A stretch of 62,954 nucleotides of DNA, the filler included, from Octopus bimaculoides (taxonomy: Eukaryota), in the NCBI RefSeq assembly GCF_001194135.2. It is 5 parts of 5 records of this genome, joined end to end, with 100 filler letters (N's around TTAATTAATTAA, not from the genome) between each part and the next. Parts side by side here need not be neighbours in the genome. Positions count along the whole stretch, not along the records: positions 35,317 to 40,600 come from NC_068981.1; positions 40,701 to 52,187 come from NC_068989.1; positions 52,288 to 62,954 come from NC_069006.1; 2 more parts are not named here. One strand, 5' to 3'. This document shows positions 40,576 through 53,225 of this stretch, one piece after another. The translations under genes were made by a program, and so were the position numbers. The notes beneath the pieces were generated by a model. The model was not told the origin of the DNA and did no database searches. It worked only from the letters and a program-made list of their open reading frames with translations. Within the stretch, counting starts at the first letter, position 1. Every line of letters begins with the position of its first letter.

Positions 40576-40600
40576 TATATGTATATATATATATATATAT

Positions 40601-40700
40601 NNNNNNNNNNNNNNNNNNNNNNNNNNNNNNNNNNNNNNNNNNNNTTAATTAATTAANNNNNNNNNNNNNNNNNNNNNNNNNNNNNNNNNNNNNNNNNNNN
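40601..40700. other. Artificial 100-bp scaffold spacer
   Basis: 44 N + TTAATTAATTAA + 44 N. Confidence 0.9.
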
Positions 40701-41035
40701 CACGAGTAGACAGCCATCATCATATGCATATATATATATATATATATATATATTATTTATATTATTATATGATTGAACGCCATGCATCCTTTCCAAGTAA
40801 GTTTTATCCTAATAACTCTAATGCAACTCTATTCTTCCTATTATTCTTTCGTTTTTTTCTCTCTTCTCCCACTATTCTATCCTTTTACTCTTTTGTTTTC
40901 TCCTTTCCTTTCTCTTATTCTTTTACTTCCTTTTTTCTTACTAATCTATCCTTTTGCTCTTTCATTTTCTCTCTACCTTTCTCTTGTTCTTTTGCCTCCT
41001 CTTCTCCCACTATTCTATTCTTCTACTCTTTCATT

Positions 41036-41430
41036 TCACAGGATGGGCCAGCTATGATAGGTTGTAATTTTAGGTCTCCTGGTGTTGGTGTATGTATGTA
41101 TGTATGTGGTGATTTGTTGATGGTTTCATTGATGGTTGGGCTTTTGTGGATTTTGGGGAGGCCATAGAAAAGGCTGGGTTTGTATTTGAAATTTGTTAGG
41201 AAATCTACTTGCTTTTTTTGTGAGGTCTTTCCCATGGGTATGTATTAGTGAGGAGAGGGTTTTCATTATTTTGGAGGGATTGTAGTTGTTGATTTCTTCA
41301 TAATACTCGTTGTTTAGTAAAGACATGACTAGATTTTTGTAGTAGGATGTGTCCATAATTACCACTGCGCTGCCTTTGTCTGCTTTTTTGATTGCAATTT
41401 CTATTTGTTTTGTAGTTCATTAATTTCTTT
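41036..41430 (-). mobile_element. Inverted 5' segment of a Penelope-like RT ORF
   Basis: AIKKADKGSAVVIMDT...FYGLPKIHK...PIIAGPSCE on the minus strand, with a frameshift. Confidence 0.85.
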
Positions 41431-42970
41431 CCATCCTGTGAGACACACAGATTAAGTTACTTCATGGACATTCTCCTGAAGCCATATCTAAAACATATTA
41501 GAAGCTACATCAGAGATGATTTAGACATGCTGAACCATCTCCCAGAAAAGTTCGGGGAAGAATCCCTCATGGTCTCCTCCGATGTTATAAACCTATACTC
41601 CAATATTCCACATGATTATGGAATGAAAGCGATTCTGGCTTGAACTACATCCAAAGGAAATACCAGAATGAATAAACAAAATCTTCATCATTGAATCAAT
41701 TAAATTCATTCTCCAGAATAATCATTTCATTTTTGGCACCAACTGCTACCGCCAAATATGGGGAATTGTGATGGGCACGAGAGTAGCACCTACCATTGAC
41801 AACCTCACAATGGGATTCTTAGAGAAAAAAATATATCAGAATTCACTGCAAAAATTTGGAGACCCTCTCGCCCAATACATTGAAGAGAATTGGAAGAGAT
41901 CCCTGGATGACTGTTTCATACTCTGGAATAACAACTTAAACAAACTCCTAGAATTTAAAACACTTCTGAACAGCATCCACACAAACATTCAATTCACAAT
42001 GGAATACAACCAGGAGGCACTTCCATTCCTAGACATTCTAATTAAAAAAAACAAACAACAACAAAATTGAAACAGACATTTTTTATAAAACAACAGATAG
42101 AAAACAATATCTTCTCTTTAGCTCTTGCCATCCTAGACACACAAAAACAAACATCCCCTTCAACCTTGCAAGAAGAATCTGCATTATTGTCTCAGAAAAA
42201 ACAATTAGAGATTTAAGACTACAAGAACTGAAAAATGTCCTCCTGGATAGACACTACCCAATCCAGCTCATTAATGAAGGAATAAAATGTGCCAAATCTA
42301 TCAACACCGAGACATTAAGAAAAACCAAAGACATTAACAAACCTCTCCTTAAAACACTACCCTACATTTCCACATACAACTCCAGAAACAAAGAAGCATT
42401 CAGCACAATCATACAAAACCTACCAATACTACACAAGGACCCAAAACTAAAAAGAATTTTATGTAACATTAAAATTGTCAAAAGCAACAAACAACCTAAG
42501 TCATTAAAGAAACTGCTAACTAATGCAAAATTATTCCCCTCCACAACAAGCCCCAAAATAAAAAAATGTAATTGCCCCAACTGTGGTACATGCCCCAACC
42601 TTTTGGAAGGGTCAGAATACTATTTTAAACAAGGGTAGCACTTTACAATTAAATCAAATTTCACTTGTGCATCCGAAAATCTGACCTATGTAATCGGATA
42701 CTCGGGCTGCCAGAAAGACTATATCGGTAGCACAGGGAATTCTATCCGTCAACGTTGTACAGTGCATCGTCAGCAGATAGCCTCACCACAACACCGCCAA
42801 ATTTATCTCAGTGAATATATTGCCGTATGTACGAAACAAAAACAACCCAAATTCACTATTTTCCCTCTATATAAATTTGCTGACTGGACTTCTACACAAG
42901 CCTGACTCAATAAAGAGACATATTTCATCCAAAAATACAAACCTGAACTTAACACCAATTCATTTTAATT
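41431..42970 (+). mobile_element. Penelope-like element RT and GIY-YIG endonuclease, pseudogenised
   Basis: PSCETHRLSYFMDILLKP, SSDVINLYSNIPH, MGTRVAPT, SLDDCFILW, LPFLDILI, CPNCGTCP and YIGSTGNSIRQR; several stops and frameshifts. Confidence 0.92.
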
Positions 42971-43197
42971 GTATTACTAATTGTCACTTAATTACTTGAC
43001 TCCTAGACACCCATTCATATTCAAACCTGAGTCACAAGAGGTCCTACATGACTCTTATGAGTTCATTTTCTATTGGATTGATTTATTTTATTCAATTATG
43101 GAATTTCAACACATACAAAAAAGTTATATATGTACGCAATCCACAATTTTTAGATATAAATTACTGTTCATACTTACGTGTGTGTATAAATAAATAA

Positions 43198-43254
<57 letters not shown>

Positions 43255-43765
43255 AACAATGAATTACTGCAGTTTCTGTCAACTAATTTTTTTTTACTTG
43301 GATTGGTCATTATTCCGAATCTGTAGCAAAACATACTTACCCAAGGTACTATGCATATAGTTATTATAAGTGATTACACTATTGAATTAAGTTTTTTGAA
43401 ACATTAATTAACAGAAATGTCACTGAAGCAAAAAACTTCAATCATAATGATAACAAAAAGGGGAAAAAAAATATTTCATCTACCCAAATTTTCTGCCTCT
43501 GTATTTGTTTATTCATTTTCATTGGTAACCCCAGCTATCTCAGACTGAATAAAAAGGCTTTTGGAATAGTGGTAGTTAATCAACGAATTTTGTTAGTGTT
43601 TTAATTGGTTCCAAGCCATCTTTATTTACAGAATATGCCATCCCAAAATTTAGCTCTTAAAACATGTAATCCACAATGTAAAGGATTCTTAGAGAGTTTG
43701 GAAGCTCTAATTAAGCAAACGCAAAAATGACAAAGGTGTTCCTTTTTTAGTTACCACAGCTTATA

Positions 43766-45094
43766 TTGGGTCACCCCATAAATAATGCGGTTTTTTTATA
43801 CTTCTTTTATTTTTCAAAATTAAGATAAACAAAGTTATTTTTTAATCTCCCCTTCATTTTCTACAATGCTCTTCCATCTATCTGGGAGACTTGCAAGGTC
43901 CCTCTTCCAAAATTTGCCTGTCCGTGATGAAAAATACTCCTCCAGTACTGTTCTGACCTCATCTACAGAATTCATATTTTTTCCATCCAAATGATTTTGA
44001 AGAATGCAGAATAAATGATAATCAGATGGGGCAATGTCCGGCTAATATGGTGGGTGGGGCATCGTCTCCCATTCAAACTGCTCCAGCCTTTGGAATGTCA
44101 TCCTCATTGTATATGGCCAAGCATTATCCTGATGGAAGAACATCTTTTCATCTTGAAACCAAAGATGGTCATTTTGCTTCTAGTGCTGACTTAAGCTGTT
44201 CACAGTAGATCTCCTTTGTTATTGTTCAGTTTGGGTTTAAAAGTTTGAAGTGGACTAAACATTTCATATCCCACCAAACAGATAACAACACTTTACGTGG
44301 GTGAAGACCTTCATTAGCCTGGGGTGCTGGTGTTTCTCTTTTCCCTACCCACTGTCTTCGGTACTTGACATTTCTCTAGAGAACCCATTTCTCATTACCA
44401 GTCACTATTCAGTCCAAAAAAGGTTCATTCATGAGATGTGACAGCAAAGAAGAGCACACATTCGCTCTCTGCATGCCATTAGACTCAGAAAGTTTGTGAT
44501 GAACCCAGTGACCCAATTTGTTGACTTTTCCAATGGCATGCAAGTGTCGATGAATAGTTGTATTACCAAATCCAAGCTTCTCTGCTAGTTGTTCTAGCAC
44601 TGACTTGAATGACTGGTTGAATGACCAAATCCAAGCTTCTCTGCTGGTTTCTCAACAGTTACGATGGGATTTTGTTCCACCAAGGTTTGCAGGACTTCCT
44701 TGTCAAGCCCTACAGATCTTCCAGGAGGAGGCTCATCTTTTAGGCTGTAGTTTCTGGCTCAGAATTTCTGGAACCATTGTTGACACTGGTTTATGCTTGT
44801 TGTCTGATCCCCATATACTGCATTAATATTCCTTGCACTTTCCATTGCGTTGTTGCCTTTATTGAACTCATAAAGCAAAATATGCTGAATATGCTCCTTT
44901 ACCACTTCCGTTATAGCATTGCAAAATAAGTGTTAAAATTGAACTGCACTTTTCAAAATTTGCACTAAGAATAAGGATAAGATAAAATTACTATATGCTT
45001 TTATAGCAAGTTGGTGCAGGTAGTTTATTCCATCCCCACTCCGACTTTTAGTTTATGCAAGTGAAAAATCTGCCTTATTTATGGGATGACACAA
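43766..45094 (-). mobile_element. Full-length (1329 bp) decayed mariner transposon
   Basis: TA|TTGGGTCACCCCATAAATAATGCGG and TA|TTGTGTCATCCCATAAATAAGGCAG TIRs; transposase fragments EHIQHILLYEFNKG, WFQKF, LGHWVHHKLSE; stops present. Confidence 0.92.
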
Positions 45095-48000
45095 TACATT
45101 TTACTCCCATTGCAGATTAAACACACACACCCTGCTAAAAATCATAAGTGTAGCTTTTCAAACTATTGAAAATAATTACTACCTGAATTGTTTTTCAAAG
45201 TCAACAATATCATGTCATTTCTCATGCTAGAGGTAATAGTGTTTGTTTACATTATATCTCCTTGACAAACTAGTTGTTCCACACCAATTTGTTTGCATGC
45301 CTCCAGTCTTATTTGCACACTTTATTAAAGTAAACATTCTGAAGATTGTAGATGACTGAGTATCTTGGGACTGTATTGACAAGTAGATGTGGTCAGCAAT
45401 TCATATCTTCTTAACAACACAGTAAAGAATGTTTGATATTTTATGGGAGGAATTGTTCATTATTTGAAAAAACAGCAACATAAAAGTTGACCAATGACCT
45501 ATTGGCTGGTGTTACTTTGTAAATTTAGCTCCCTTGTTGAGGCCAGAAAATATTTCAGCCTGTTGCTGTCATTTCACATAGCCCCAGTGAATTCAACAGT
45601 GGACTGACTACTCCACACACACACAAAATTCATAAACTGTATCCTGACTAACTGACATTCACTCAGCACTGACCTCTAGCCAGCACATGTAATTTCTTCT
45701 TACTCTGTACTAGTATAATGGCCTCTGTATCTTGGAGCTAATTGATTGTGTACCACCTCCTCCCAAACCCATCAATATACTCATCTCTCATTCATACTAT
45801 ATTTTCTCCTCCCATGCTCACACTAATCACTTTATCTTTTTCTTCCCTAGAATGTCAATCTTCCTGAATTCTTTATTTACTCAGAGTATTCCTGTAGTCA
45901 GTCACTGCACAAACTGAATAACAACTGCATATCAGTTGCACAAGTCTTGGAGGACCTGATGTCATACATGTATTGCTTCCTCTTGGTTAAACCAAAGGAA
46001 CTAATAATAAAACTGGTGACCCTTCTGTGGGGTGGAGATGGGGTGATATGTTTTCATCCTCTGAAATCTATGGAAAGTAAGAATAAGAATTTACTCAAAG
46101 GTAACAGTGGATTCATGAATATAAAGCTTAAACCAAAGAAGTTTTAAAAGAAAGTAATTAAATCAAATTTTGGAATATGTATTACAGATTCATCATCATT
46201 TTAACATTCATTTTCCATTGCCAGGATAAAGGCACCAATGTTAAAACAACAATAATTTACACTTATGACAACAACTGTAATATAATTTCATAATCCCTTC
46301 TAAATGAACAGCATCAATCTGACTATTTGGTGCTGCCATCTCATTAAAGAATGGTAGAAAGTGAATATAATGATTTCCAATACCAATATTTCCAATGAGG
46401 AGTTGCAGCTCTCTTAGCAGGAGATGGGAGGTTTTTGGTATAATTGAAGAACGATTTATTTTGCTGTTTATTTTCCATAAACCAATCCTATGTAGCAAAG
46501 AAAAGAGATTACAGCAATAAAAAGTCTTCAAGTAGTTACTAGACCTGTTAAAAATAGTAGTTGTGTCTCCCTCAACTCCCACCCTCCCATTTTGAAAAGG
46601 AAAGGAGATATTGGATAGTATGGTTCTTCAGATACAGTATCTGGAAAAATGAGATAAAGATAGTGATAATGATATATCTGCTGGGTCAAGGATTACTAGG
46701 ACAACAATAACAACAACACTAATCAAGAAATGTCAATACTGCTTTCTCCAAGCAAGACCATGTGGTTGGTATTGCATAGATAAAGAAATGCAAATATTAG
46801 AATAAATTGTAATTTTTGAAGCATAAATAATACAGCACAACTACACTTGAACCAACGAAGGAGTCTTGATTTGTAACATTTAGCAGTCAGATCTCTTTTA
46901 AATCAGACTCTACCGTCTTAAAAAAGCTAAGAGTATAATAAGTAATGTTGCCCTAAATACAAAAGATGGGAAAGTCTATGATTATATCTATTGTTGATTA
47001 AGGGTGACTTAGAGTTAAACAATGCTAATAGTTTCTAATTTAGACACAAGGCTAGTAATTTTGAGAAGGATTTAGTTTATACCATTGACTCCAGTACTTT
47101 ATTCTATCAACCTTAGAGGGATGAAAAGAAAAGTTGACCCCAGTGGGAATTGAACTCATAACACAAAGAACTGGAACAAATACCAGAGGCCATTCTTTTG
47201 ATACTCTTACAATTCTGCCAGTTTGCCACCTTAAAACTATTAATAACACTACTACAATATGGTCATGTTTACTCTTGTCAGCCAATGTGATTCTTAAGAA
47301 ACTTTAACAACCTGTTTATAAAGATCCCACACTTCAGGCAGGACCTCTAAAATAAAAATAATTTAAAAAATATATAATATAATAGCAACAGTAAATAATT
47401 GCAAGTATAAGAGGCAAAAATAGAAACAAAACTGAAGAACATTTTTCCAGGTTATCCTTCATTTCTATACAACTAACTATTTCTACTGTATCAGCTGCAT
47501 AAACCAAAAGTACACAACAAGCCTTCAGTTGTAACAAATACATGATCTTTACATAGTTTAACAGGGTATGTAAACAACACTGAGGTAGGGATTAGATAGA
47601 TAACAGGAATAACTAGTTTATCTTGAAGCCAAACTACAAACAGCTTACACAAAAGTATTAAAATATCAACAGGTGGTATATTAAGTCAAATTTATAATAC
47701 TCAAGGAGTCGTTGTCACTCATTTGTATCTGAATGAATCATCAGAACACAGAAAAGACAAAAAAATCTCATGTATTTTCATTGTTTTAAGGTGTGCAAAT
47801 AGAGAAGAAAAAACTCACAACATAACATGAAAATAGTAACATATATATCCTTCAAGTTGTCTACAAAAAATTCAGGAAAAATGTTGCTTTTTTAAATGGG
47901 TGTTCTGAATACATACGACTGAAATGCTTGACATTTTTCACTGTTTGCTTCATATTCTAACACAAACAAACACCCTGTATTTACCCTTTGCAGGAAGACA

Positions 48001-48489
48001 AACTGCAATTAAAGAAAGGTTGGAATCAAAACTGTGGCATAATTTAGAAATAGTAGTTGAATCTCTCTCAAACCACACTCTACTGTTTACAAAAGAAAGT
48101 TACATTGAAAAATGTAATCTAAATTGCACTCACTATCTGAAAAGATAAGATGAGGTGATCATGGCTGGTCATGGGTCAAATATCTATGAATCACAGCTTT
48201 ACTAAAACAGGGGTAAATAAATAAAGTTTCAACAACAATATTAAGGGACAAATACATTTGGAAACATGTTCAATTTTAATTTTCACAGTCACTAAACTTT
48301 CACCAATTCATTTGTTTCATATATCAAAATATATAAAAAACAATGATACCCTTAATCCAGATGCCATATGACACACATTATATAACTACAATAAAGGACA
48401 CAGATGCCACACATTATATAACTACAATAAAGGACAATTTCTTGTAAGAGAATTTATGTTTTAATTTTCATCTGGTTCATAGAATAAGA

Positions 48490-49066
48490 CTGTGGGAGTT
48501 GATCATGTTCACCATTACTATATATCAAATAGCCAATGCTATTAACATTTCCTGTGAGAGAGTTGAGAATATTCTGCACAATGAACTTGGCATGATGAAG
48601 GTTTCTACTCAGTGGGTGCCACATCTTCTGACATCTGATCAAAAGTACCCCAGGCTGATCACATCATGGAAAGATTTAACATTGTTTGAGGCAGATCCAG
48701 CTGGTTTCTTTGAATGTTTCCTAACCCAGGGTTCATCACTTTGAGCCAGAGACAATCTATGTAATGAAAACACCCCTCCTCACCTGCTCCAAAGGAGACC
48801 AAGGTTGTTTCATCTGCAGGGAAGGTGATGGCCTCAGTTTTTTGGGATGCAAAAAGCATTGTGTTTATTGACTTTCTTCAGAAGGGCCACATCATTAATG
48901 GAGAGTACTATGCCAACTTGCTGAGGCAATTATGAAAGGCTATCAAGACCAAATGCCCAGGAAAACTGACAAAAGGGGTTCTGTTACATTAGGACAATGC
49001 TCCAGCACACAAGTCCTTGGTTTCAATGGCTGCTGTGCATGACTGTAGCTTTGAACTGATTGATCC
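48490..49066 (+). mobile_element. Mariner transposase internal fragment (second subfamily)
   Basis: ILHNELGMMKVSTQWVPHLLT, SAGKVMASVFWDAK and LLH*DNAPAH. Confidence 0.88.
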
Positions 49067-49692
49067 CTAATAACAATGTTTTCTGGAGCTGTACTAAACT
49101 GGGTTTTATGCCTATTTCCTCTAGCCATCTGTTCAGATCTTTAGGAATAGTTTCCAATGCACTTATAACTAATGGGATACATTTTACCTGCACTTTCCAT
49201 AGTCTCTGTAATTTAATATCTAGGCCCTGGTACTTTACTATTTTTTTCTATATCTCTCGTATCAATTTTTTCATCATTTGGGACTCTAAAATCAATTATC
49301 TGGCACTTTCTTTTCTCTTTATCTACTACAACCAAATCATTATTATTATTATTAGTATTATTACTATTATTGTTATTATTACTATCATTGTTCTTGCTTT
49401 TATTATCTATGTTATTAATGGTATCACTAGTCATATTATTAAAGTAATTATTACTATTATAAGAATGGCTATATTTAATATTCTCCTTACAATTGTTTGT
49501 GTTTGTGAGACAGTGAGGAGTAGGATAATTTGAGGGTGGATCTATTAAAGATAGAATGGTACTTATGGTGGCAGGGAAAGCTGGAATCTATGATGTCAAA
49601 AAAGGGCCTGGCTAAGCCCTTAACATTTAAAGAGAAGGGCGGGGTATACCAGAGTATGTATATATATATTTTCCTGATGGAGGCTGGTTTAT

Positions 49693-49753
49693 GGGGTTAC
49701 CCTGGCTTTCCTATGCATAAAAGGTTTAACTTTATGGCGTATCGTCAGACCCC
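49693..49753 (-). ncRNA. Degenerate hammerhead in the 3' region of a PLE
   Basis: GGGGT-CTGACGA-T-(ACGCCATAAAG/CTTTTATGCATA)-G-GAAA-GCCAGG-GTA-ACCCC, about 200 nt downstream of the GIY-YIG relic. Confidence 0.55.
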
Positions 49754-49959
49754 AAGACCTGTTGGCCTATGACCTCTTTAAAATACAGAGGGGAAAGTCT
49801 GGATTATCTACCTTTGCTATTGGCTATCGAATTCCAGCCAGTGGCTCGCAAAAGGCCAGCAGAAATCTCCTAAAATGCAAACATGGGCTGAAAATTTCCA
49901 TTCTGGAGTTAAGCATAGGTCCTGGCTTGAGTGAGTTCCTTAGGATGGATTCTCATGCA

Positions 49960-51240
49960 TTTAGCTATGCACAGCTTGCAGCGTTTCATCCTGTTGATGT
50001 AGGGACCTTCGAGGGTTTTTGAGGATTTTCCATGAGATCGAGTGGCTGGCCAGCAATGTTACATATCTCCTTTCTGGGACTCTGAAGGAGGAATCATGGT
50101 TGGAAAAACGTTTCTTGAATGAATTTCCAGAACAACTAATATATTTCCATGGGCACGCGATGCTGGTGCTGTATGTATTATGATTGTTGTTGTCACTACT
50201 GCTGCTGTTGTTGCTGCTGCTGCTGCTGTTGATGATATTGCTGCTGCTGTTGATGTTGTTACTATTGTCGATGATGTTGTTGCCACTGTTGATGATGTTG
50301 GAGCTGGGGCTGCTGGTGTTGGGACTGCTGGTGTCGGTATTGGAGCTGCTGGTGTTGGTGTTGCTGCCACTGGAGGTGGTGGTTGTGTCGGTAATGTTAC
50401 CGGCCCTGTTTATGTTGCACCTGTTTATGTTGTTACTAATGGTGTTGATGTTGTTGCTGCTGCTGCAGTCATCATCAACGGTGCTGTTCCTGGAGCCGGG
50501 GCTGTTGCTGTTGGTGAAGGTGGGGGTGGTGGTGGCATTGGTAATACTATCACCATTGCCGGTTATGGAGGCACTGCTACTGTTGCCAGAGGTGTCATTA
50601 GTCAAGCTTATGCTGGTGCTTCTGCTGTTGTTGTTGTTGCTGATAAAGTTGGTGTCAGCACTGGGTCTGTTACTGCTGCTACAATCAGTCCTGCCAGTGT
50701 GGATGTTAGCAGGTTTGCTACTGTGGACATCAGGGAAGCTGTTGGTTAGGTTGGTGTTGGAGGTGACGTTCCTGTAGGCAATGTTAGTGATGGTGCCATC
50801 GGGGGTGTCATTGATGCTGCTGTTATTGAAGGTTCCAAAATTGTCCACTGTGGTGGTGGTGGTGTTGTTGGCTCTATTGCTGCATCACAGCTGCTATTGT
50901 TTCTCCCAGCAGAATTGGTAGGGTTTGCTCGTACTTTGGCTTGATAGATGACTCCTTTGGTTTTGCAGTGGCCTCCTACTGGGCAACTGCTGTGGATCCT
51001 GCATGAACAACCTGCTCCTTCCTGTAGCCTAGGGATGCTAACTAGAATGCTCTTAATATTGGGGGCACAACTAAATGAGACCCAAACGTTGTGCCTGTTG
51101 AAAATGGCTCTGTACCTGAGGGAGCTGGTGAAGTGCTTGTCTATTAATTTAAGGAAAAGTCTACCTACAGGCATTATTGTATTAAGGGAGAAGTGCACCA
51201 AACCAGATAATATTTCTGCGGCCTTTCTTTTCACAGTTGT
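49960..51240 (-). mobile_element. Penelope-like element 3' part (different clade) with a low-complexity insert in GIY-YIG
   Basis: RNIIWF, VGRLFLKLIDKHF, IFNRHNVWVSFSCAPNIKS, CSC....CPVGGHCKTKGVIYQAKV, then WKYISCSGNSFKKRFSNHDSSFR. Confidence 0.85.
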
Positions 51241-51515
51241 TGGGTTCTGACATATAGAAGAGAAGATAGAAATTGATATTAATCAATTAAAACCAGTGGC
51301 TTAGCATATTTAAAAAAAAAATCTAATTATTAAAAAATTATGTTACATACAAAATTAAGAAGAATGACCACTAAAGTAGACACCTAATATGCTAAACATA
51401 GACGTCAAATCGCCATTACCACAAAGAGTGTGTTCTCAAGAAAAAATCTCAGCAAAACGCCAAAATGTAAAAATGTGCAAGACAAATGTAAACATACGAA
51501 ATAAAAAACGATTAC

Positions 51516-51588
51516 CTATGTACCATGGTTTCACTTGTTAATATTTACGAATGTAAACACACAAGTATCTGCAAGATCGTCAGCATAG
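51516..51588 (-). ncRNA. Type I hammerhead motif with palindromic stem III
   Basis: CTATG-CTGACGA-T-CTTG...CAAG-T-GAAA-CCATG-GTA-CATAG; ACCATGGT palindrome and GUA triplet; closing pair of stem II imperfect. Confidence 0.65.
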
Positions 51589-52076
51589 TCTGTCGCTTAA
51601 AAAACACAATTTCCAGAACTAGATACAGAACACTCCACAGAAATAGAGAATGTATAAAGTTCTATGAGTGAAGACATTTGAAAAATAAACCCAAATATAA
51701 TTAGTGGCCATTCTTCTTAATTTTGTGTGTGTGTGTGTATAATTGTTAAAGAGGACAACAAAGGCAAACATCTCAAATCATATACATTATTATTACTGGA
51801 AAAAATTCAAAGTCTTACAGCTGTAGTTAGTTTAGTTTAGTTTATAGTTTCAGCTTAGAGCTGCGATTTTTAATACAATACTATTTTAGACATATATATC
51901 ATCGCGAGAAATTTTTTTGATATTGAATTTCATGCTATTATATCAAAATACAGTATATATAATCACTCGTGTTAATGTCTAAATACTTTATAGCATTAAT
52001 ATTTTGGACATTTTATACAAGGAGCACTCATTTATAATTTCAGTGTATAATATTCTAACAGAATATATTTATTTAA

Positions 52077-52121
<45 letters not shown>

Positions 52122-52187
52122 CTTAAGTCTAGAGAAACAGGTAGGAATGAGAATTTGAATAATAATATAAATGGCAGTAATAATAAT

Positions 52188-52287
52188 NNNNNNNNNNNNN
52201 NNNNNNNNNNNNNNNNNNNNNNNNNNNNNNNTTAATTAATTAANNNNNNNNNNNNNNNNNNNNNNNNNNNNNNNNNNNNNNNNNNNN
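52188..52287. other. Artificial 100-bp scaffold spacer
   Basis: 44 N + TTAATTAATTAA + 44 N. Confidence 0.9.
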
Positions 52288-52389
52288 TAATATATCACAT
52301 GTTTTTATAAATCATATACTAGCACTTTCATCTATTCTAGTAGACTCTCCAGATTTAATTTTTCTTGAGAGGATTTGTCTCTTTTTATA

Positions 52390-52430
<41 letters not shown>

Positions 52431-52904
52431 TATAAGGATAAGCATATTAAAAGGGGATTGTGGAAAAACTTATTTAGATAAAAGGGTTGGGAACCCCTGC
52501 TGTAGGCTATACCACACTCATTCCACTCTATATCACAATGGAGCAGACTTCGCTAAGCCCATACAATATTTATACACTAGGGTACATTACAGTCCATACT
52601 CCACTTCATTTGACACCAGACCAGACCATGCTTTACTTCACTGCACCTCACAATTTCCTACAACTTCATATCATATCACATACCACATAATACAAAAAAT
52701 TTACCCCAAGTTCTACTCCAAACTCAACATCAAACTCCATATCAAACTCGACCCCCGTTCAATATTCCTGATTCAAGTGAAACCAGAAAAGTGTTACTTT
52801 ACCTTGTGTCTAGGGAGGGTCATTATGTCTATAAAAATTGACACATACACTGGTTCACTACCACTTCTTTAGTGTTACCAACTAATTATTCAGTTGTGGA
52901 AGAT

Positions 52905-53225
52905 GCATGTCTCAGTGGTTAGAGCATCAGGCTCACAATCATGAGGTTGTGAGTTTGATTCTCAAACCAGGCTGCGTGTTGTGCTTTTGAGCAAGACACT
53001 CAGCTGTAGAAATGAGTTCACTCAGCTGTAGAAATGAGTTCACTCAGCTGTAGAAATGAGTTGCGATGTCACTTGTGCCAAGCTGGATAACATCAGTTGT
53101 ATGAAGAAAGGAGGCTGGCATGCATGGATGACCACTGGTCTTCCATAAACAACTTCTCTGAGACTTGTGCCTCAGAGGAGAACTTTCTAACTGCAATCCC
53201 ATGGTCATTTGTGATTGATAAGAGT
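52905..53225 (+). mobile_element. SINE (family C-like head) with an internal 22-bp triplication
   Basis: CTCAGTGGTTAGAGCATCAGGCTCACAATC head; CACTCAGCTGTAGAAATGAGTT three times at ~52998-53062. Confidence 0.7.

Noticed and set aside
50180-50777. Plus-strand 189-aa and 197-aa V/A/L-rich ORFs as membrane or mucin proteins
   Set aside because: They are the antisense reading of the low-complexity insert inside the PLE relic.
26945-52243. TTAATTAATTAA islands inside N runs at 26945, 35261, 40645 and 52232
   Set aside because: The identical 44N-12-44N layout with six-frame stops marks an assembly linker, not biological sequence.
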